Below are positions 10,993 to 19,784 of a stretch of DNA of 64,000 nucleotides, in pieces. The position numbers and the translations under genes are program-made. The notes below the pieces were generated by a model. It saw only the letters and a program-made list of their open reading frames with translations. It was not told the origin of the DNA and did no database searches. The DNA is taken from contig NZ_DASYMN010000102.1 in assembly GCF_036009065.1 (NCBI RefSeq), positions 3,202-67,201 of the forward strand. Reading direction: 5' to 3'. Position 1 is the first letter of the stretch; every line of letters starts with the position of its first letter. Source of the DNA: Bradyrhizobium sp. (GTDB taxonomy: Bacteria > Pseudomonadota > Alphaproteobacteria > Rhizobiales > Xanthobacteraceae).

Positions 10993-11092
10993 ATCAAAAC
11001 GGTTCTAATATTGATTCTAGAGCATGCGCCTCGTGGCGCAAATGATTGTGCTTTGACGTGATTTTATGGACACAGATTGAAACCATTCTAAG
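10993..11092. promoter_or_regulatory. Cluster of Irr-box (iron control element)-like motifs upstream of the TonB-dependent receptor
   Basis: 11076-11092 ATTGAAACCATTCTAAG matches TTTRGAAYNRTTCYAAA at 14/17; 10993-11009 matches 13/17 on the reverse strand. Confidence 0.55.
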
Positions 11093-11160
11093 CCATTTCA
11101 GGACAATTTCGTGCGCGCAGAATCAATCGCCGCTCAACGGCTTCACGGGAGACGAGCATT

Positions 11161-11292
11161 CGTCATTGCCGGCCGTGACCGGCAATCCATCCTCGTTGAC
11201 CTCGTCATTCCGGGATGCGCCCGCTTGGGCGCAGACCTGGGAAATCCAGCACCATGCACTGTTCTGAATTCCGGATTCGTCCGCGCATGACG
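11161..11292. repeat. Composite REP element
   Basis: GTCATTGCCGGCCGTGACCGGCAATCC left arm, internal GTCATTCCGGGATGCGCCC...ATTCCGGATTCG element, CCGCGCATGACG right end. Confidence 0.65.
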
Positions 11293-11316
11293 CAGAATTG
11301 GTTGCGATGCTCCCCT

Positions 11317-12489
11317 TCAATCGCCGGCTTGCACTTCGCTCACCACATTGGCTGCAGGAATCGAGGCGCTCCAGTTCAGCCCTTCCGCTGCAAACTCCAT
11401 GGCGACCCTGGCGCCCAGCGAGCGCTCGACCATTTCGCCGATGACGACGTGGCCGAAACCTTTGCGCTGGGGTGGCGTGACCTGCGGCCCGCCCTGCTCG
11501 ACCCAGTTCAACAATAGCGGTCCCGCCGCGCCGGCATCGCCGTCGAACGTCCAGGATACGCTTACCTTGCCTGCCGGCACCGATAGCGCCCCGTATTTGA
11601 TGGCGTTGGTCGCCAGCTCATGAATCGCAAGGCCGAGCGCTTGGGCTGCCTCCGCCGTAACCACAATTTCGGGCCCCGCAAGTTCAATGCGCGAACCTTT
11701 AATCTCGGCAAACGCAACCAGTTGCTGGCGCACCAGCTCTGCGAGCGGCGCGCCCTGCCAGTTCTTGGCTACCAGTACGTCGTGCGACGCGGCGAGGCCC
11801 TGCAGCCGCCGTTCGAAACGGCGTTCGAACTCTTCCATGGAGCCTGCGGTGCGCGCGGTGCGGCGGGCGATCGACTGAATCACCATCAACAGGTTTTTCG
11901 AGCGATGCGATATTTCGTGCATCAGGAACTGGATGTGGTCCTCGGCCGCCTTGCGGTCGGTGACATCGGTCACGATGCTCACCATGCGCTGCGCTTTGCC
12001 GTCGGGCCCACGCGCGATCACCTGGCCGCGCCCGCGCAACCAGAGCACGGTGCCGTCTGGGTGAACCGTGCGGTATTCGGACGTAAACGTATCTTGCTTG
12101 TCTGCCAATTGGTGGAACGTGTGCATCAGGTGACGGTCCTCGGGATGCAGCGCTCGTTGATACTCGTCGTTCTCGCCGCCCACCTGACCGCGGCCATCGG
12201 GCAGTGAAATTCCAAACAGCGCCATGCCCTCTTCGGTCCAGAGCCGCGTCCGGTTGACCAGGTCGGTTTCCCAGGTGCCCATCCGGCCAGCCGCCAATGC
12301 CGTGCGGTACCGCGCCTCGCTTTCGCGCAGACTCCGGTTGGCTTCGGACAATTCCGCGGTCTTGCGTTCCAGCGCCTCCTTCGACTCCAGCAGGTCCCGG
12401 TCGGCGCGCTGCCGCGCCAGCAGAATGCTCTGGGCGTTCTGCAGCGCCACCGAACGAAGCAGCTTTTCCTCGTCGTCGTCCGATGGCAT
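11317..12489 (-). CDS. HWE-family sensor histidine kinase with one PAS/PAC domain
   Basis: HEISHRSKNL H-box, IHELATNAIKYGALS N-box, WVEQGGP; ATG overlaps the stop of the upstream gene. Confidence 0.9.
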   Translation of the reverse strand: MPSDDDEEKLLRSVALQNAQSILLARQRADRDLLESKEALERKTAELSEANRSLRESEARYRTALAAGRMGTWETDLVNRTRLWTEEGMALFGISLPDGRGQVGGENDEYQRALHPEDRHLMHTFHQLADKQDTFTSEYRTVHPDGTVLWLRGRGQVIARGPDGKAQRMVSIVTDVTDRKAAEDHIQFLMHEISHRSKNLLMVIQSIARRTARTAGSMEEFERRFERRLQGLAASHDVLVAKNWQGAPLAELVRQQLVAFAEIKGSRIELAGPEIVVTAEAAQALGLAIHELATNAIKYGALSVPAGKVSVSWTFDGDAGAAGPLLLNWVEQGGPQVTPPQRKGFGHVVIGEMVERSLGARVAMEFAAEGLNWSASIPAANVVSEVQAGD

Positions 12490-13553
12490 CAGCGGCCCGC
12501 AATCCTGTCCGCAGCAAGCTGCGTTCCAAGCACGCGCGAGCGGATTTTCGCGAACGCGGTGTCGCGGCTGGTGGAGGTGTCGTCGCTGAACGGCGAGAAG
12601 CCGCAATCGTCCGTGGTGCCCAGTTGCTCGACTGGAATGTACTCCGCGGCCTGCAAGATCCGGCCGCAGACCTGTTCGGCGGTCTCGAGTTGCGGGTCGA
12701 TCGGCGCGACCACGCCGACGAATATTCGTTGATCTGATTTCATGTGCTTGCGGATGATCTTCAGAACCCCCGGACGATCCGGCTCGCCCGCCAGCGCAAT
12801 ATAAAAATTTTTGGCGCGCAGTTCGAACAGGCTCGGCAGCAACTCGGCATAGTTGACATCGCTGCTATGGGTAGAGTCGCGGTCGCCGCCGGGGCAAGTA
12901 TGAATACCGATGCGCCGGCGTTCTTCGGCGGAAAACCGCGACAGCGCCAGGTTGTTCAGATCGATAAAACTGTTGAGCAGGTGTCCGGTGGGATCGAGCT
13001 TGATCGCCAGGCGTGCTTCGGTGAAATCGATCTGAACCTTGTGCGCGCCCTTGGATAGGCAGGCGCGCACCTCGGTCTCGTGCTCGCGCAGCAGATCGTC
13101 GATAAATTCCTCGCGCGTATAGCCGGGGATGCCTTGCGCCGGATACATCAGGCTCAAGGCCGACGGCGAGATCACCGCCTGCTTGACCGGGACATGGGCG
13201 TAACGCTGGGCCACGTCGAGGAAGCGGTCGGCCGATACCTTGTAGCGAAACGGCCCCGAGGTCAGGCGCGGCATATGGCGCGTATGACCCGCGGCGAAGG
13301 GAATCCTAAAACCGTCCGGTGCGGTGTTGCCTAGACCGTCCACGCAGTAGGTCCAGAAATTGTGATATTTGCGCTGCTCGCCGTCGGTGATAACGGGCGA
13401 GCCCGTGGCCTCGAACCGCGCGATGGTGTCGGCAATGGCGTCCTCGTAGAGCGGGTCTAGCCCAGGGTCGGTATGGTTTCCCGCCGCTGCAATCGCCTCG
13501 ATCAGGCGCGGCGGCCGCGGAATACTGCCGATCGGTTCGGTAGGAATGCTCAT
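12489..13553 (-). CDS. Cobalamin-independent methionine synthase catalytic-domain (MetE C-terminal / 'core') family protein
   Basis: PIGSIPRP start, ITDGEQ, zinc ligands GIHTC and TDDCGF; no N-terminal folate-binding half. Confidence 0.82.
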   Translation of the reverse strand: MSIPTEPIGSIPRPPRLIEAIAAAGNHTDPGLDPLYEDAIADTIARFEATGSPVITDGEQRKYHNFWTYCVDGLGNTAPDGFRIPFAAGHTRHMPRLTSGPFRYKVSADRFLDVAQRYAHVPVKQAVISPSALSLMYPAQGIPGYTREEFIDDLLREHETEVRACLSKGAHKVQIDFTEARLAIKLDPTGHLLNSFIDLNNLALSRFSAEERRRIGIHTCPGGDRDSTHSSDVNYAELLPSLFELRAKNFYIALAGEPDRPGVLKIIRKHMKSDQRIFVGVVAPIDPQLETAEQVCGRILQAAEYIPVEQLGTTDDCGFSPFSDDTSTSRDTAFAKIRSRVLGTQLAADRIAGR

Positions 13554-13699
13554 CAGCCCCCCTGCTGGCGCGGACAATGCGATGCCGACCGCAACCCAGC
13601 CTTTTTTAGATTACACCGATTAAGTCAAGATAAGCAGGAAATTTCAGAGTTACCGCGTCGCAGCAGGTTGCGGCGATGAGGCGCGAAAAGCCACGCGAC

Positions 13700-14925
13700 T
13701 TACCAGACCCGCCTCACCATCGCAGGCGTCAGATCCTTGAGCGATGGCGCACCGACCTGCGCCATCGTCGCGCGCATCTCGGCGCGCAGGATGGTGAGCA
13801 CGCGCTCGACGCCGGGCTGGCCGAAGGCGCCCAGTCCCCACAGATGAGGCCGGCCGATGCATACCGCCCTGGCGCCGATCGCCAGCGCCTGACGATGTCG
13901 CTGCCGCGTCGAAAACCGCTGTCGACCAGAACCGGCATGCGGCCGGCGGCCGCAACGATATCCGGCAGCACGTCGATGGTGGCGCCGACGCCGTCCCCAC
14001 CCGACCGCCGTGGTTGGAAACGATGATGGCGTCGATCCCCGCCTCCGTTGCGAGCCTTGTATCCTCATGTGTGAGAATGCCCTTGAGCACGATTTTTGTC
14101 TTCACCGTGTCGCGCAAGCGCTTGATCGACTCCCAGGTGATGTTGGTGACGGCGGTGCCGCCGACGCCGCCGAGCGCGATGCCGGCAAAATTCGGCTTGC
14201 GGCTGAGATAATCGTTGCCGCCATGGCAGCTTCCGCAGTCCCGCGTATCGGTGCGCCGCAGCCGGGTAAAGGTCTCCCACTTCGCTGAGGATCGCACATC
14301 CAGCGTCACCACGATCACCGGCGCGCCCGCGCGCTCGGCACGCCTGGCGAGCGCCTCGCCGATCTCCCAGCGCTGCGTCGTATAAAGCTGAAACCACACC
14401 GGCGCGCCGCGCGCGGCAATCGCATCCTCGATCGATGTGGTCGCCACCGTGGAAAGAATTTGCAAATGGTTGCCGGTCCTCGCCGCCTTGGCGACGGCGA
14501 CCTCCGCATCGGGATGAAAGGCGCGGTTGCTGCCCGTCGGTGCAATCACGATCGGACTGTCGTAGCTGATGCCGAGGATGTCGGCGCTGGTGTCGATCTT
14601 GCTGACATCGGTGAGTCGCCGCGGTCGCAACTCGAATCTCGAAAACCCTGGCGGTTGGCGCGCAACGTCAGTTCATCGTCGACGCCGGTGGCCATGTAGC
14701 CGAAATGCGCCGGCGGAACGTTCTTCTTCATGACCGGCTCGAAGTCGAAGACGTCGAGCGCCTGGGCGGGATCGGCGATCAGCTTGTCGAGTTCGCGCGG
14801 CGCCCAGTCCACCGGATCCTCCGGCCGCTGCCCCTGCGCCAGTGCGCCGTGCGCGATCAGCGGACTCGCCGCCAAAAATTGCAGCAGCGGCGCCGGCTGG
14901 CGATCTGAAGGTTTGGCCGCGACAT
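13700..14925 (-). pseudogene. FMN-dependent alpha-hydroxy-acid oxidase/dehydrogenase with four single-base frameshifts
   Basis: Family motifs spread over frames: SRRR(L)LQFLAASPL, YMATGVDDELT, APTG, LKGILT, SNHGGR, DSGFRRGSD, GRPHLWGL; shifts near 14888, 14640, 14000, 13890. Confidence 0.85.
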
Positions 14926-15036
14926 CGTGAACCTCAGCAATGCGAGGAGAGCGCGTTGCCGAGCCTGCCACACACCGACGCCGGTACAAACCGGTATTTG
15001 ACTGCAGCAGCGCGCGCGAACTTCGCGCAAGACCGT

Positions 15037-15849
15037 TCAGCGGACCGCCGTGATCACGTGCGCCCTGATCCGCCCTTCAACGGGGCCGCTGCCAAACCTG
15101 AGCGCCTGCGCCTCGGCGCAGGCTTGCGTGGCCGCCTCCAGGCCAGATGGATCACGCGCCTCGATTTCATTTCGCAGTGGCGTTCCCTGGCAATAGGCGA
15201 TCGCCGGATCGCGCGGCGATGGAGCCCTGCTGATGGCGCCACGCGTCTCGATCGAGACCGGCGCAAAACCGGCCATGGTCAGCTCTTCGCGGAGCCTTGC
15301 CACATCGTGATAGCCGTGCGGGGTGCGGGTCATGAAGCGCGGCGGGTCATTTGGAAAGATCGTCGCCAGTGTTTCGGTGACGACATCGGCGAATTCGTTT
15401 TCGGCGATCCGGTCCCACACATTGAAGAAAAAGTGGCCCCCCGGTTTCAGCACGCGGCGCGCCTGCCCGTAGCCCAAAACCTTGTCGGGAAAGAACATCG
15501 CGCCGAACTGGCACGCCACCGCATCAAAGGTTTGATCTTCAAACGGCAGCGCCAGCGCATCGGCCTGCCGCCATGTGACCCTGCCCGAGGCCTGTTGTCG
15601 CGCCGCAGCGTGATCCAGCATCGGTTGGTTCAGATCGGTCGCCACGATGCGGGCCTGCGCGGGCAGCGTCGATGCAATCGCCCGGGTGAGAACGCCAGTC
15701 CCCGCAGCGGTTTCCAGCACGTCCTGCGGCTCGACATTAGCGAGCCGCCCGGCGAGGTCGCGCGCATAGGATTCAAAGATCAGGGGAACCAGGAATCGAT
15801 CGTAAATCTCCGGGATCGATCCCGCGAACAGCTTGTCCGCCGCTGCCAT
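15037..15849 (-). CDS. Class I SAM-dependent methyltransferase (UbiE-like)
   Basis: VLETAAGTG motif I, TDLNQPML, ADALALPF, CQFGAMFF. Confidence 0.9.
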   Translation of the reverse strand: MAAADKLFAGSIPEIYDRFLVPLIFESYARDLAGRLANVEPQDVLETAAGTGVLTRAIASTLPAQARIVATDLNQPMLDHAAARQQASGRVTWRQADALALPFEDQTFDAVACQFGAMFFPDKVLGYGQARRVLKPGGHFFFNVWDRIAENEFADVVTETLATIFPNDPPRFMTRTPHGYHDVARLREELTMAGFAPVSIETRGAISRAPSPRDPAIAYCQGTPLRNEIEARDPSGLEAATQACAEAQALRFGSGPVEGRIRAHVITAVR

Positions 15850-16086
15850 CGTGCTGCTCCAGTTCGACTGACACAGAGTACCGGTCTACTTCCGCTGAAG
15901 ATGCCACGAACCATGCCGGCCGTCACCGGGAGCAATATCGCGCAATTCGGCCTACGCGGCGGTCGCGCCACGACCTCCGACACAGGATACGCTCCCCATA
16001 CCTGTTGGCCCGGCTGCGCCTTTTGGCGCTTCCTGCGTTGCCGAGCAGGAGCCGTAACGGAGCGCGGCACTTGTAACGGTCCACGG

Positions 16087-16302
16087 TCACCGCGGCGAGA
16101 TCTGCAGTTCCAGCAGCGCCATCCGTTCGAGCGTTTTCGGATCGGTTTCGCCCTGCTGGGCGGTTCGCAGGATGGTCTCGGCAATCGACTGCACGCTGGC
16201 GGAGGAGACCGGGTGCGGAAGGGTCGCGACGGCGCCGTCCATCGCCGTTTTCATGATGCCTATGGTTTCGGGCGGGAAAGATGCGTTGGCGAAGTCTTTC
16301 AT
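16087..16302 (-). CDS. Small hypothetical protein (71 aa)
   Basis: Compact helical ORF with an upstream GAGG; resembles short rhizobial hypothetical proteins (recollection). Confidence 0.6.
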   Translation of the reverse strand: MKDFANASFPPETIGIMKTAMDGAVATLPHPVSSASVQSIAETILRTAQQGETDPKTLERMALLELQISPR

Positions 16303-16312
16303 GGGGTCAGCC

Positions 16313-16504
16313 TCAATGTTGTTTCGGACGCGGCTCGCGGCGATCTTCCGCTGCCAGCCGTTCCAGCAATGTCTGCAAGCCGGGCATCACCGGGGTGCGC
16401 TCGGCGTTCAGCGAGATGCGAAGTCTGTCGCCGATCTCCCTGCGGATGGCGGCGTTATGGGCGCGGTCGATTTGAACGTCGCCTGGATGAGCGAAAATTG
16501 CCAT
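16313..16504 (-). CDS. Small hypothetical protein (63 aa)
   Basis: Tandem with 16087-16302 (10-bp gap); QIDRAHNAAIRREIGDRL amphipathic pattern. Confidence 0.45.
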   Translation of the reverse strand: MAIFAHPGDVQIDRAHNAAIRREIGDRLRISLNAERTPVMPGLQTLLERLAAEDRREPRPKQH

Positions 16505-16753
16505 GTGCGTTTCGTTTCAATGTTTCGCCGGCAAAATAGCCGGTCCGCGGTCGACGCGTTCGCCGGATGCGCCTTCAACCGCAAAAACTTCAACCGAACG
16601 CCATGCCACCGGCTTGAGATGTCGCTTAAACACGCACTCGGGAATCGATTGACAACGGTCGACGTGGCGAAGCGTTCCTCACAACGCCTGCTATTCGCCC
16701 GCAGGTTCCCCTATGGAACAAGCACCATGGCGCTCCAGTTCAAATGTCATCGC

Positions 16754-17533
16754 TCAAGCGAGCGCGACCGAAACTTTACCGAAGGCGCCGAAGTCGGCTT
16801 CGATCAGGTCGCCCGATTGAATTGGAAGCGGCGCGTGGCACGTGCCTGTTGTCACCACCTCGCCCGCCTTCAGCGTGACGCCGAGCGTTCGCAGCTCATT
16901 GGCCAGCCAGGTCAGCGCGACGCGCGGGTCGCCGAGCACATTGCCCCCGTAGCCGGCAAAACGCTGGCCGCGCAGCGTGACCACCGGCTTTTCCCTGACG
17001 AGGTCGACCGAGCGCCAGTCCGCGGTCGATGGCGCGCCAAGCACGAACAGGTGCGCGCAGGCGTTGTCCGCGATGAGTTGCGCTTCGCCGGCGCTGGCGA
17101 AATCGGCGAAGCGGGAATCCGGCAGTTCGATCGCGGGATGAAGGGTTTCGACTGCGCCCAAGACATCTTCGATCGAATAGGGAGTCGATCGGGGCGGCAG
17201 GCTGCGTCCCATCCGAAACGCAAATTCCGGTTCCCCTACCCGCATGTCGTTGCCGGCCATCGATGCAGTGCCGCCGTTGGCAACCACCCGCTCGGCAAAG
17301 ATACCGCCGGCCAGCGGGCCGGCGACATTGATGTGCCTTTGGCCGGCTTCGCTGGTGGCCGCGATTTTCCAGCCGAACAAGCTTCCGTAGCCCTGCATCG
17401 CGGCCTGAATGGCGTAACCATCGGCGCGATCGCGAGGGCGTTGCGACGGCGAGAGATCGCGTATCTTTGTGCCGGCCTGCCAATGATCGTACAGGGTCCT
17501 TGCCGCACCCGCCGTCTGAGTTTTATCGAGCAT
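16754..17533 (-). CDS. 2-keto-4-pentenoate hydratase / FAH family protein
   Basis: GWKIAATS, EPEFAF, AIELPDSRF, ADNA, GEVVTTGT motifs. Confidence 0.88.
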   Translation of the reverse strand: MLDKTQTAGAARTLYDHWQAGTKIRDLSPSQRPRDRADGYAIQAAMQGYGSLFGWKIAATSEAGQRHINVAGPLAGGIFAERVVANGGTASMAGNDMRVGEPEFAFRMGRSLPPRSTPYSIEDVLGAVETLHPAIELPDSRFADFASAGEAQLIADNACAHLFVLGAPSTADWRSVDLVREKPVVTLRGQRFAGYGGNVLGDPRVALTWLANELRTLGVTLKAGEVVTTGTCHAPLPIQSGDLIEADFGAFGKVSVALA

Positions 17534-17616
17534 GCCTTCAAAACTCCGAATGATTGGCGGGATGCGAAGTTATCTGCGATTATATTCGCTTCGGTCGGAA
17601 AAGCGGAAGTTTTTGA

Positions 17617-18582
17617 ATGAGCAAGGGCGCGCTGGCTTTATTGATCCACGGCGGCAGCGAGAACTGGTCGCCGCCGCGGTGGAGGGAGCGTTTCCGCAGC
17701 GTCTGCGGCGACCGGCGCGTCGCTTTGTTGCCCGGCGATGCGATCGATCCGGTCGACGTCCGCTACGCGGCGGTATGGAAACCGGCGCCGGGCGCGCTTG
17801 CGGCATTCCCCAACCTGCGGGTGATTTTCAATCTCGGCGCCGGCGTCGATGCCTTGGTCGCGGACCGCAGCCTGCCGAAGGTGCCGCTGGTGCGCGTTGC
17901 GATCGGCGATCTGACCAAGCGAATGACCGAATACGTTGTGCTGCACGTGCTGATGCATCACCGGCAGCAATTGTATCTGTTGGACTGCCAGCGGCAAAGG
18001 CGGTGGCAGCCGCGGGCGCAATGGCCGGCCCGCGAAATCCGGGTCGGAATCATGGGGCTTGGAACGCTCGGGCTGGATGCCGCTGCGGTGCTTGCCGGGC
18101 TGGGCTTTCGGGTGGCCGGATGGAGCGCCACCGCCAAGCGAATCGAAGGCATCGACAGCTATCATGGCGGTGACGGTCTTGAGCCGTTTCTGAAGCGCAC
18201 CAGCATTCTGGTCTGCCTGCTGCCGCTGACGCCGCAGACCCGGCATATCATCAACCGGCGCACGCTCTCGATGCTCGATTGCACCGGTCCGCTGGGCGCG
18301 CCGGTGCTGATCAATGCCGGCCGCGGCGGCCTGCAGGACGAGGCCGATATTCTTGCCTGCCTGAACGACGGCACGCTCGGTGCGGCCACGCTCGACGTAT
18401 TCGAAGCCGAACCGCTGCCGGCGGACAGTCCGTTGTGGCAGCACCCCAATGTCATCGTGACGCCGCACAACGCCGCCGATACCGATCCGGAGGAAATATC
18501 GAAATATGTGGCCGCGCAAATCGCGCGGTTCGAGGCCGGCGGCGAGTTGGAGAATGTGGTCGATTTGAGCAGGGGGTATTGA
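17617..18582 (+). CDS. ghrA: Glyoxylate/hydroxypyruvate reductase A (D-2-hydroxyacid dehydrogenase)
   Basis: GAGVD, GIMGLGTLG, LLPLTPQT, NAGRG, DVF..EPL, TPHNA. Confidence 0.85.
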   Translation: MSKGALALLIHGGSENWSPPRWRERFRSVCGDRRVALLPGDAIDPVDVRYAAVWKPAPGALAAFPNLRVIFNLGAGVDALVADRSLPKVPLVRVAIGDLTKRMTEYVVLHVLMHHRQQLYLLDCQRQRRWQPRAQWPAREIRVGIMGLGTLGLDAAAVLAGLGFRVAGWSATAKRIEGIDSYHGGDGLEPFLKRTSILVCLLPLTPQTRHIINRRTLSMLDCTGPLGAPVLINAGRGGLQDEADILACLNDGTLGAATLDVFEAEPLPADSPLWQHPNVIVTPHNAADTDPEEISKYVAAQIARFEAGGELENVVDLSRGY

Positions 18583-18638
18583 GGCGCTGCTTCGAAATCA
18601 GAGATTACCCGTCACGAGGCAACAACGAGCGCAAGACC

Positions 18639-19589
18639 TCAGCGGGGTAACAGCGTTCTGGCAACACGAAAGCCGAACGTATCGACGCGATTGTCCGGAG
18701 GATCCCTTTCGCGCCTGGCCGAGCGAAGGGTGTGAGGCGCGTTGTTGAAGGCAGCGCCGCGCAGAACGCGAAGACTGCAGTCTCCCGTCGTCCTTGCCGT
18801 GCCATCCCCGGGGTTTTCGGCATTTTTTTCGTTCCAGCAATCCTCCGTCCATTCCCAGACGTTGCCATGCACGTTGTAGAGTCCCCACGGATTGGCGCTG
18901 AAACTATCGACCGGAACCGTCGCCTTTCGCCGCCCGCCTTTGGCCGCCGGCATAGACGAAGTTGCCATTGTAGTTGGCTTGGTCGGTTGAAATCGCCGCG
19001 CCCCACCAGAACGGGCCAGTCGATCCTGCCCGGGCGACGTATTCGCGCTCGGCCTCGGACAGCAGCCCATAATTTTTCCCCGTGAGCGACGACATCCAGG
19101 CGGCATAAGCCTTCGCATCGTTCCAGTTGACACAGACGACGGGGTGGCGGTCGTGCTGCAAAAAGCCGGGCGAGCGCCAATTGCGGTCAGCGTTCAGCTT
19201 ACGCTCGGACAGCGATAACAGCCGCCGTCGGTGTTGTGACCTGTCGCTGCAACAAATGCCGCGAACTCGCCGCGCGTCACGGCAAAGCGCCCGACCGCAA
19301 ACGGCTTGGCAATGCTCACCGGCATTTGGTCTTCGCGTCCGGTCGCCACTTCCTCGTCCGGCCGTGCGCCCATCCTGAAGCTGCCGGCGGGGATGACGAC
19401 CATTTCCGGACAGTCGGGACAATCCCTGTAGGATTGGCCTGCGCCGGGCTTGAGGCAACGTCGTTCGCTTGCTCCGATCTCGACTTCGACTCCATCGCAG
19501 CGCTGCGCTGCGGCGGCACCGATCGAAAGCACCCCGATCACCCAGGCAACGGTCAAGCGCGCTAAAGCCAGGTTCGCCTTTTGCTCCAT
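18639..19589 (-). pseudogene. FGE-sulfatase (SUMF1-like) domain protein with two frameshifts
   Basis: DCPDCPEMVVIPAGSFRMG / HPVVCVNWNDA..LLSEAEREY / NPWGLYNVHGNVWEW..RVLRG..GFRVAR lie in three different frames; shifts near 19215 and 18945. Confidence 0.85.
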
Positions 19590-19784
19590 CGCATTTTCTC
19601 CATGGATGCGATCTCGACATGCATGCTACCTCGATTCATGCGAGCTCAACCCGGCTATTTGATCGCAATGTCGCCGGGGCTTGCCCAAAACCTTGTTTCA
19701 CGCCAACACAACGGGATATTAGGAAGTTTCCGTCAGCGTTCGCCGGGAGCGGCATCGCGCGAAAAATTCATTGAGGACAGTCTC

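Noticed and set aside
12490-12606. Longer start for the HWE kinase given by the ORF track
   Set aside because: It overlaps the MetE-like gene by 117 bp; the ATG at 12489 coupled to the upstream stop is more plausible.
16683-16709. EcfG/sigma-T-like promoter GGAAC...CGTT on the minus strand upstream of the small ORFs
   Set aside because: Spacer is 18 nt versus the usual 16-17; too weak to call.
14842-17620. Long plus-strand ORFs 14842-16539 and 16172-17620
   Set aside because: They span several opposite-strand genes and intergenic gaps, with Arg/Pro-rich random composition.
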